NCBI GenBank assembly: GCA_035656635.1
Contig: DASRSD010000099.1
Location: 2 to 64,001 of the forward strand
Direction: 5' to 3'
Source: Pirellulales bacterium
GTDB lineage: Bacteria; Planctomycetota; Planctomycetia; Pirellulales; JADZDJ01
DNA: 64,000 bases
Of the stretch, positions 50,680-57,634 are shown piece after piece. The notes below the pieces were generated by a model. The model was not told the DNA's origin, ran no database searches, and saw only the letters and a program-made list of their open reading frames with translations. Each line of letters begins with the position of its first letter. Position 1 is the first letter of the stretch. Position numbers and translations under genes: made by a program.

Positions 50680-51017
50680 GCAATGGAAAGCATTTTGGAG
50701 ATTGAAGTTGGAACGGCAAGAGCTTTCCTTCTCTGCGGGCGATGGAAAAGAGCCCGAGGGGACAAGAGCTCTTAACCACCGCCGCAAGAGAAGTGGATCG
50801 GGGGGGATCCATAAGGAGGTGATGGGTCCCTAATGCACGTGTAGTGCCAAATGGCCCGGAACGCATCTAAGGGGGAATGCGATCGCGCCGAAACACCGCT
50901 TCTGCAAGAGTTTATCACTCGGCGTGGCCAAGATTCCGCGAAGACCTCGGCGTAAAGTTGTTGCCGCAGTCCACCATTCATGGGGCCGCGGCGTTGTCGC
51001 CAAGCAACATTGGATTG

Positions 51018-51980
51018 TTACTTGGACGGAATCGGCAGCGGCGCCGGGCCAATTACCGTGTCGTCAGGGCCTCGACCCGGCCCCACTTCTTGATCGGCGT
51101 TGGTGTAGATGTTGTCACCGCTTGGCAGAGTGGGCGTGGTTAAATAGCCCGTGTGTAAATCGTCGAACAACACATTTTGCCCGCTGCCGCCGTGATTGGG
51201 GCTGTTCGTTCCGTTCATTCCAGGCCGGTCGCCAAATACGCCAACATTCGGCCGCTCCTGCTTGCGCTGCAGCTTATATTTGCCGTCTTGCATATAACCC
51301 ACCGGGCCGCCGTAACTGCCGCTCAATTGGGGCAGCATTTGAGACAAAAGCGCGGCATCCATTGCTTCCACTTGTTCGACCGTCGGCACGCGGAATTTGG
51401 AGCTATCCGCATCGGAAGAAGAAGGGCAAATCAGCGTCCGGGCCGATTGCGGCAAATAACCCTCCAACTTCGGCGCCCACATGCCCACGGCGTTCACCTG
51501 GTCGCCGGGTCGCACGGCCGGATAATAACCGCCGTTGCGATTGCTAAAATCGGCGGCGGCATAGCCTATGTCTTTCAAATTCTTTTCGCAGGCCAGAACT
51601 TGCGAGTGCGCTTGGCTTTGATAAATCTGCGGCACGAAGAAAATCGCCACCGAAGCGGCAATCGCGCCGGCCACGCCTAGTTCCAGCCATGTCCACCGCC
51701 GCGAAATCCTGGGCGACGTGCCGCCAGCCGGCGGCGATAACGCCGCCGGCATGATTTCCGTGCGCGAATACACAAAATCACAGCAGCGCGCGGCCAAGCC
51801 CACAGGTGGCTCGTGATCCAAACGGCCTTCCGCTAGCGGGGCCAAGCTTCCTCGCAGCAATTCCAATTCCCGCCGGGCAACTTCATCCTGCGCTAGGTGC
51901 TGTTCCACCAGCGCTCGCTCCTCGGGCTCAATGGCGCCCACTAGGTAGCCCAGCAAATGCTCGCGGATGGAATTGCTCAT
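51018..51980 (-). CDS. anti-sigma factor with DUF1559/pseudopilin-like extracytoplasmic domain
   Basis: N-terminus HLLGYLVGAIEPEERALVEQHLAQDEVARRELELL (anti-sigma N-domain style), one TM, then ACEKNLKDIGYAAADFSNRNGGYYP and C-terminal HGGSGQNVLFDDLHTGYL resembling DUF1559 signatures; starts 6 nt after the sigma gene stop. Confidence 0.65.
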   Translation of the reverse strand: MSNSIREHLLGYLVGAIEPEERALVEQHLAQDEVARRELELLRGSLAPLAEGRLDHEPPVGLAARCCDFVYSRTEIMPAALSPPAGGTSPRISRRWTWLELGVAGAIAASVAIFFVPQIYQSQAHSQVLACEKNLKDIGYAAADFSNRNGGYYPAVRPGDQVNAVGMWAPKLEGYLPQSARTLICPSSSDADSSKFRVPTVEQVEAMDAALLSQMLPQLSGSYGGPVGYMQDGKYKLQRKQERPNVGVFGDRPGMNGTNSPNHGGSGQNVLFDDLHTGYLTTPTLPSGDNIYTNADQEVGPGRGPDDTVIGPAPLPIPSK

Positions 51981-51986
51981 GATCGC

Positions 51987-52640
51987 TTACTCATCATCGC
52001 TCGGATGTTTGTTCGTCCACGCTTCGTTCAATTTCAAAATGGCCGCATGCATCCGGCTTTTCACGGTGCCGACGGGAATATCCAGCACCTCGGCGGCCTC
52101 GCGATACTTCATTCCTTGGTAATACACCAATAACACGGCTTCGCGCAACGCTTCGGGCAACTCGGCAATGGCTTGTTGCACCCATTGGCGGCGCTCATCT
52201 GTTTCTAAGTTATCGACTGCCAGCGGCTCTTTGCTGGTGAGCAAATCGAGCAGCGAACCGACATCGTCTTGCGTATCGTGGTGATGACCGCGGCGATCCA
52301 AGCTGACCATTTTGTGCCGCCGGTTGCGACGCTGGGCATCAATCGCCTGGTTGGTGGCGATGGTGTACAGCCACGGACGCACTTTGCGTCCCTCTTCAAA
52401 CTGGTCGGCCTTCAAATACAACTGCAGGAACGTCGCTTGGAACACGTCTTCTGCCATCGTGGCATCGCTCAGATAGCGACGCAAATAGCTGTAAAGTTCG
52501 CGTTCGTAGCGTTGCACCAGCAACTCAAAAGCCCGACGACCCCCACGCAACCGATGCTCCATTAACAGCTCTTCGTCGGTTTTCCGAGCCAAAGCTTCGG
52601 GAGTGTCGGTTTGCGATTGTATGTCGATGGCACTACTCAT
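51987..52640 (-). CDS. ECF-type RNA polymerase sigma-70 factor
   Basis: ATG at 52640; region 2 FELLVQRYERELYSYLRRYL...DVFQATFLQLY...RPWLYTIATNQAIDAQRR; region 4 LPEALREAVLLVYYQGMKYREAAEVLDIPVGTVKSRMH. Confidence 0.9.
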   Translation of the reverse strand: MSSAIDIQSQTDTPEALARKTDEELLMEHRLRGGRRAFELLVQRYERELYSYLRRYLSDATMAEDVFQATFLQLYLKADQFEEGRKVRPWLYTIATNQAIDAQRRNRRHKMVSLDRRGHHHDTQDDVGSLLDLLTSKEPLAVDNLETDERRQWVQQAIAELPEALREAVLLVYYQGMKYREAAEVLDIPVGTVKSRMHAAILKLNEAWTNKHPSDDE

Positions 52641-52730
52641 CTTTATACGCCCCGGCTGGGAAGCGGTTCGCGGTGGGGGCCCATTGCCGGGGCAAAGTTT
52701 CGCCCAAATTCCCCCTGGCAAAGCACGAGC

Positions 52731-52759
52731 ATTATACATGGCATTTTTCCTTCTGTCCG
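52731..52759 (-). promoter_or_regulatory. candidate sigma-70-type promoter for the ECF sigma operon
   Basis: Minus strand CGGACA-N17-TATAAT, about 90 nt upstream of ATG 52640. Confidence 0.3.
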
Positions 52760-53368
52760 ACTCATTGCCGGCGAGCGCACACGATGAGAAGAATGAAGGA
52801 AAATGACTGCGCGTCGCAGGGGTCGAACGGGTTCGCACCCTACATTCGCAAGTGCCGTGCCTGCCAACCATTTGCAACCATTCACCGCAGATATCGGCGG
52901 CAGGCTGCAAAACCCTCTCGCCACAAACCCTTAGCGAACAGGCGCTTTCGTCACCATATTGGAACATAGCCCATTTCGGGCGACCGCGAACAACCGGCGG
53001 GCAAATCGCTGGAAACCCGCTTTTTCTCGGCTCATGCCGAAACGGCAGTCTCGAATTGAGACGCCCTTGGCAATTGCGGCCATTCGCACGGACGAAAGTT
53101 GCCGCCGGCTTTTGTCCCCGATTATTATTTTCCGGACAGAACTGGAATGTTTTGTCGCAGGCTCGCTGCTGCCGGCAGGGAAAATTCGCGGATTTGCCAA
53201 GTGTTGTGCGTGACATAATCAGGCCAGTTTGCGTCGCAAAAGATGTATTGTTGGTGAATTGTTGCTCGTCAGGTCAGTGATCGGTGGTCGGTAAAAATTA
53301 GCCCCGGCTCTGCCGGGGGGCCGCAGCGGAAAACGGTCGCATCATCCCGCCGCATGGCACAAATTTTA

Positions 53369-53392
53369 AAAGCCGCGACCGTCTGTCGCGCT
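53369..53392 (+). repeat. 24-nt hairpin element AAAGCCGCGACCG-NNN-GTCGCGCT, copy 1
   Basis: aaagccgcgaccgtctgtcgcgct; matches 56620-56643 except the 3 loop positions. Confidence 0.7.
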
Positions 53393-53751
53393 TGCCCATG
53401 GGAACCCGTCGCACTGGCCCATGGGCGGCTGCCGACGAGTAATACCAGTGATACATCAGGTTTACCAGTGTTACGGTACAGACGTACACTATAGCAGAAC
53501 AGTGGCCCAAAAGTTAGCCAAAAAATTTTCCGGCTGCGAATTTTTTTACCCCAGAGGACGCAGGGGAACACAGAGGCAGTGAAGGCTTAATATGGGACTT
53601 CAAACCGTATTTAAGAGCTGCGCGCGTCAGCAAGCGGCTAGGACAGCAGCGACAATTGCTACAACTGCTATGGGACATTTCGCCAAACTACGCCAGAATG
53701 GTTGCGTTTCGAGTTCATCGTTTATATACAAGTGTATAGGAGACATCGACC

Positions 53752-53935
53752 GTGAGCGATAATTCGAAAATCGAATGGACCGACGCCATCGTGGAACCCC
53801 GTGCGCGGCTGCGTAAAAATCAGCCCCGGCTGCACGCATTGTTATGCTGCCACCTTCGCCGAGCGTTTCCGCGGCGTGCCAGGGCATCCGTATGAGGGCG
53901 GGGAGAATGTTTTACTTCACCCACAGGTGGGAATG
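53752..53935 (+). pseudogene. DUF5131 (phage Gp37/Gp68-like) gene fragment, frameshifted and 3'-truncated
   Basis: GTG 53752 gives VSDNSKIEWTDA; after 1 extra nt the next frame gives WNPVRGCVKISPGCTHCYAATFAERFRGVPGHPYEGG; only about 60 codons remain. Confidence 0.6.
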
Positions 53936-53940
53936 CTTAC

Positions 53941-53985
53941 TTCAAATCCACCGTCCAGTAGGCGTTGTCGACGAAGGTTTTTCGG
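53941..53985 (-). pseudogene. relic copy of the 3' end of the HNH endonuclease gene
   Basis: about 41/45 identical to 55718-55762; minus strand still reads KTFVDNAYWTVDLK-stop versus KTFVDSAYWTVDLK-stop in the intact gene. Confidence 0.8.
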
Positions 53986-54036
53986 AGGCAGGTTGCATGC
54001 CGCGGGGCCCGGTGGGTGAGCCGCGGGGCCGTGGAG

Positions 54037-54080
54037 ATTAAAACAGCGGCACCCCTGCGTGGCCGCAGAGGCTAAGCGGG
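54037..54080 (+). repeat. REP copy 1 (stem variant CTGCG/CGCAG)
   Basis: attaaaacagcggcacccCTGCGtggcCGCAGaggctaagcggg. Confidence 0.85.
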
Positions 54081-54135
54081 ATCGGCAGGGCGCGGCGGCG
54101 AAGGGGTGAATGGCTGCTGCGCGAACTAAGCCGGA

Positions 54136-54603
54136 TTACGCCACTGTGAAATCCCAGCCGGAAAGAACCAGGCTGGGCAGCAATTCGGGATTGTGGCTGA
54201 CGAGCTTGATTTCGATCGACCGCGGGCCGGCGGGAATTTTCAATTCCGCTTCGTAGGTGGCGCACCACTGCGTTTCGTCTTCGAACGGCTCCTCGGCCTG
54301 GTCGCGAGGAATGTAATCGTCGTCCACAAAGACCAACTCCTCAACCAGCTTGGCGGGCACCCAATCGGCGTGCGATTGCACATCGTCCTGATCGGTCGGG
54401 TTGTTGGGGTCGCCTATCCGCACGAAAATTTCCGCTTCGTCGAACGGGCCGTAAGAATTGGAATGCGTAATGCGGACCGTGGTGGGCCCGGCGGCGGTGG
54501 GCTGTTCCGGAATGGTGATGCCCTGTATTTCGGATTCGGCCGGCAGCTCCCAAAAGTTGGGCGAATCAGAAACCATTTTGTGCGTGGCGGCATTGGGGCT
54601 CAT
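54136..54603 (-). CDS. hypothetical acidic protein (passenger between REP copies)
   Basis: ATG at 54603 (MSPNAATHKMVSDSPNFWELP...); 155 aa; no family recognised. Confidence 0.5.
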   Translation of the reverse strand: MSPNAATHKMVSDSPNFWELPAESEIQGITIPEQPTAAGPTTVRITHSNSYGPFDEAEIFVRIGDPNNPTDQDDVQSHADWVPAKLVEELVFVDDDYIPRDQAEEPFEDETQWCATYEAELKIPAGPRSIEIKLVSHNPELLPSLVLSGWDFTVA

Positions 54604-54728
54604 ACGCGGTCCTCGCTGGTCAGTAAATGAGATGAGAATTTGAGACAGGACGCGAAGGCGAACGCCGGCTGTTATCGCGCGCGGCGAAGCCAGATGCAAG
54701 TGTTGTGGGACCGGGGAAATTAAAACAG

Positions 54729-54770
54729 ATTAAAACGGCAGGACCCCGCGTGGCCGCGGGGGCTAAGCGA
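54729..54770 (+). repeat. REP copy 2
   Basis: attaaaacggcaggaCCCCGCGtggcCGCGGGGgctaagcga; left end ATTAAAACAG duplicated at 54719-54728. Confidence 0.85.
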
Positions 54771-54922
54771 ATGAGTGGCGGGGGCTAAGCGGGTTCGGGG
54801 CAAAGCGGTATGATATGGGCCGCGAGGGCCAAGCGGGAGGATGGAGTGGCGAGGGGCAAAAAAATGAGGCGGTTGGAAATTCATGGTTAGCCCGGTCGGC
54901 CACGACCGGTGGAGCATTCGCA

Positions 54923-55630
54923 ATGTCGCGACCGGTAATTGGTTACCATTCGATTTTCGGCGCGTATGGATTTTGGCTTCCGAATGATCCCCGCGGGTCA
55001 TGGTCAGAGGTTGTGAAAGCCGAGCACTTGAAACCCTTTGGGGAACCGATTCATCCTGGCACGCGACACTCGGTTGCAAATCGAAAACACGATTCAGCCC
55101 TGCGGCTTGCGGCGAAACAACATCTGCTGCGGAAGAATGTCACATTCCGCGACGACCAAATTGAATGTCTGGCTGGCGGTTTTGGTGAATTGATCCGGCA
55201 AATAAAACTCGTCGTGTTTGCATTGGCGATCATGCCGGACCATGTGCACTTGGTTTATCCTCGACCCGAATGCGATGCGGAGGAATTTGTGGGCATGCTG
55301 AAGCGCGCGGGATCCAGGGCGCTGCGGAAAGCGGGGCTGCATCCGTTTGGCAAGGTCGATGATACCCGCGCGAAAGGTGAAAGCAGAACCGCTTGCGTGG
55401 ACGCGGGTGAAGCGGACGAAGAAATATCCCGCGTGGACGCGGGGGCTAAGCGGGAGAGGCGGTTGCCCACACCATGGGCCGAGAAAGCCTGGCACGTTTA
55501 TTTACACGACAAGCAGGAAATACGGCACAGGATTGGATACGTAGTGCAGAATCCCATCCAAGCGGGCAGGCCCGCGCAGCATTGGGATTTCGTGACGGCG
55601 TTTCACGATACGCCGCGTGGTTGCGGGTAA
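54923..55630 (+). CDS. REP-associated tyrosine transposase (RAYT; IS200-like Y1 HUH family)
   Basis: ATG at 54923 after GGAG; HUH motif MPDHVHLV; C-terminal catalytic-Tyr helix RIGYVVQNPIQAG; flanked by REPs. Confidence 0.8.
   Translation: MSRPVIGYHSIFGAYGFWLPNDPRGSWSEVVKAEHLKPFGEPIHPGTRHSVANRKHDSALRLAAKQHLLRKNVTFRDDQIECLAGGFGELIRQIKLVVFALAIMPDHVHLVYPRPECDAEEFVGMLKRAGSRALRKAGLHPFGKVDDTRAKGESRTACVDAGEADEEISRVDAGAKRERRLPTPWAEKAWHVYLHDKQEIRHRIGYVVQNPIQAGRPAQHWDFVTAFHDTPRGCG
55389..55454 (+). repeat. two REP copies inside the RAYT ORF
   Basis: ccgcttGCGTGGACGCgggtgaagcgg (55389-55415) and cCCGCGTGGACGCGGgggctaagcggg (55428-55454), translated ACVDAGEAD and SRVDAGAKR. Confidence 0.85.
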
Positions 55631-55632
55631 GG

Positions 55633-55715
55633 AAATAACCCCGCGTGGCCGCATGCGATTAATTCCCCGCGTGGCCGCGGGGGCTAAGCGGGATGACAGG
55701 TTGCGGGGGCTAAGC
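55633..55715 (+). repeat. REP copies 5 and 6 plus a half copy abutting the HNH stop codon
   Basis: aaataaCCCCGCGtggcCGCatgcg / attaattCCCCGCGtggcCGCGGGGgctaagcgg / gcgggggctaagc. Confidence 0.85.
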
Positions 55716-56347
55716 TATTTCAAATCGACGGTCCAGTAGGCGCTGTCGACGAAGGTTTTCCAGCTTTCGTACTTGGGGTTATCGAGCTTCACGGACAATA
55801 GCGGGCTGCGCTTCGGCTTAATTGGCGGGCGGACCAATTTCATGTGCGCTTCGTGCGGCGTGCGGCCCCCTTTGCGCACGTTGCAGTTGACGCAGGCGCA
55901 CACCACGTTTTCCCAACTGGTTTCGCCGCCGCGGCTGCGGGGCATGATGTGATCTAAGCTCAATTCGCTGGTTGGGAACACTTTGCCGCAATATTGGCAA
56001 TGGTTGCCGTCGCGGGCAAACAGATTGCGGCGGTTGAAGCGCAGCGTTTGCCGCGGCACTTTATCGTAAGAGAGCAGCCGGATGACGCGCGGGGCTTGCA
56101 GCTCGAAATTGACAGCGCGAATCCAATCTTCGTGCTGCTGCTTGCAGGCGGCCCGCATGGTGCTGATTTCCAACCAGGTTTCGAAGTTGTAGTTGGCGTA
56201 TTGGCCTTCTTCGAAATGAATGACTTCGGCCAGCTCGCGGAACAACAGTCCCAAGGCCCGGCGGACGTTGATGACGTGCACCGCCATGTAAAACCGGTTG
56301 AGCACCAACACGCTGGAACTAAGCCCGCCTTGAGCAAATGCCGTCAT
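55715..56347 (-). CDS. HNH endonuclease
   Basis: HCQYCGK...LSLDHIMPRSRGGETSWENVVCACVNCNVRKG (HNH with CxxC pairs); 210 aa. Confidence 0.88.
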   Translation of the reverse strand: MTAFAQGGLSSSVLVLNRFYMAVHVINVRRALGLLFRELAEVIHFEEGQYANYNFETWLEISTMRAACKQQHEDWIRAVNFELQAPRVIRLLSYDKVPRQTLRFNRRNLFARDGNHCQYCGKVFPTSELSLDHIMPRSRGGETSWENVVCACVNCNVRKGGRTPHEAHMKLVRPPIKPKRSPLLSVKLDNPKYESWKTFVDSAYWTVDLK

Positions 56348-56560
56348 GCAAAAGCCTCCGCCGCTTGATCAATCAACAAAATCTTCCAAGCAAGGTCGGC
56401 TTTGACCGGTCAGTACGGGCCCAAAACGCTTTTTGCGGCAAGCCGTACACGGTCTAATTTACAGCCAACCCGCCATTGAATTTGCGTCGCTATTTATTGT
56501 AACTGGCGAGGGTGTAACAAACCAGTCTTGTTTGGGGTGCCCGAAGCGAGTATGGAGAAA

Positions 56561-56602
56561 GCGGTAGGCGGTAGGCGGCGGGCAGTAGGCAGCAGGCAGT
56601 GG
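56561..56602 (+). repeat. heptanucleotide tandem array, 6 units GC(G/A)G(T/C)(A/G)G
   Basis: GCGGTAG GCGGTAG GCGGCGG GCAGTAG GCAGCAG GCAGTGG. Confidence 0.85.
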
Positions 56603-56619
56603 GGAAAGTGGATGGTTAT

Positions 56620-56643
56620 AAAGCCGCGACCGGTGGTCGCGCT
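56620..56643 (+). repeat. 24-nt hairpin element, copy 2
   Basis: aaagccGCGACCggtGGTCGCgct; 6-bp stem. Confidence 0.7.
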
Positions 56644-57050
56644 ACGGGCGAAGCCAGCCATGGCCACAGCAAGCATTGGCAAATTGCTTGGTAAAAATCG
56701 AATTCTAATTGGTTCGTCACCAGCAGATTGCAGGGATGATAGCGGATTGCTGGATCGCGCCGGCTGCATGGTTTCATGACCGGCGGCGCCGGAGGCGGGT
56801 TCGCGCTGCGGTGCATTTGTTCACATCCGTGACGCACTTCCATTGCACTTACAACACGCCGGGTGCAGACATGCGGGGCAGGTTGTGTCAATAGGTTTTC
56901 AAATTATTTTGGAATCATCTTTTCGCGTGCAAAAAAATTTGGGAGTTTCCCTTGCGGCGCGCAACGAAGCGGCAGTAGGATTGAAGTTAATAAGAATACA
57001 CGTCGAAATGGAAATGACGGCTACCTTTTTTCAATCGTGGGGTGCGTGCG

Positions 57051-57359
57051 ATGATTCAGCATATGTGTGATCTGTGCAAGCGTTTGATCGACACGGAGCA
57101 GGATGTGCGCTACGTGGTCAAAATGGAAGTGTACGCTGCGTTGGATCCGGCACTGGACGAAACCGACGATGACCGCGATGGCTTGCAGGAAGTTCAGGAA
57201 ATGCTGCAACGCATGGAGGAAACCGGCACCGAAGGCGTGGCCGAGGAAGAAGTGTATCAGCAGATGCGCTTCGATTTGTGCCCGGAATGCCGCAAGAAGT
57301 TTTTGAAGCAGCCGCTGGGTCGCGAAGCGATCAAGCACTTTGATTTCAGTCAGAACTAA
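57051..57359 (+). CDS. small acidic zinc-ribbon-like protein
   Basis: MIQHMCDLCKRLI...FDLCPECRKKF (two CxxC pairs), acidic centre; ATG at 57051. Confidence 0.55.
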   Translation: MIQHMCDLCKRLIDTEQDVRYVVKMEVYAALDPALDETDDDRDGLQEVQEMLQRMEETGTEGVAEEEVYQQMRFDLCPECRKKFLKQPLGREAIKHFDFSQN

Positions 57360-57396
57360 CTGGGATTCCAGCCAGTACTAACTGGGATTCAGCCAG
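57355..57396 (+). repeat. 21/20-nt tandem direct repeat spanning the stop codon
   Basis: ACTAACTGGGATTCCAGCCAG t ACTAACTGGGATTC-AGCCAG. Confidence 0.85.
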
Positions 57397-57599
57397 AAGT
57401 GATTTTTTTGAAACTGCTGGCGCTAAGCAGTTGGCGGTAGGCGGCCGCCGGCTGGCTCGGTTGAAGCGCTGCGAATGAATTGGTCCACGGCTGTGGCTGT
57501 TGGGCATCTCTAGGCAATTGGCATGCGCGAGGCGCCGCTGCTTGTGAGCGCCGGGGCGTGCCGCTAAAATTGCGACTTGCGCGGCGGTGATTTTTTCAC

Positions 57600-57634
57600 G
57601 CTCCGCTTGCGCATCGCGGCTAAACCGCAAGCGG
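57600..57634 (+). repeat. third copy of the dinG-type element, as a 9-bp hairpin
   Basis: gctCCGCTTGCGcatcgcggctaaacCGCAAGCGG; shares GCTCCGC and TCGCGGCTAAAC with the 13445 and 14577 copies. Confidence 0.7.

Larger units (their letters stand above)
54037..55715 (+). mobile_element. REP/RAYT cluster (REPtron-like): RAYT gene plus at least 6 hairpin REPs and one passenger ORF
   Basis: Repeated unit [A/T-rich]-CCCCGCG-TGGC-CGCGGGG-GCTAAGCGG at 54037-54080, 54729-54770, 55389-55415, 55428-55454, 55633-55657 (truncated), 55658-55691, with half copies at 54778-54793 and 55703-55715. Confidence 0.8.

Noticed and set aside
52641-53216. 192-codon upstream extension of the ECF sigma ORF
   Set aside because: The composition is Arg/Cys/Pro-rich and non-protein-like. 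Sigma region 2 begins shortly after the ATG at 52640, giving a standard roughly 217-aa ECF sigma.
53400-53640. Search for tRNA, tmRNA, RNase P or SRP RNA in the large non-coding tract
   Set aside because: No GTTCGAATC-type T-arm, no CCA-adjacent acceptor pairing, and no GAGGAAAGUCC (RNase P) or tmRNA tag-like features were seen.
56494-57070. Several 60-95-aa ORFs on both strands in the HNH / zinc-ribbon intergenic region
   Set aside because: They overlap one another, are Arg/Pro/Ala-rich, and run through repeat arrays. None looks coding.
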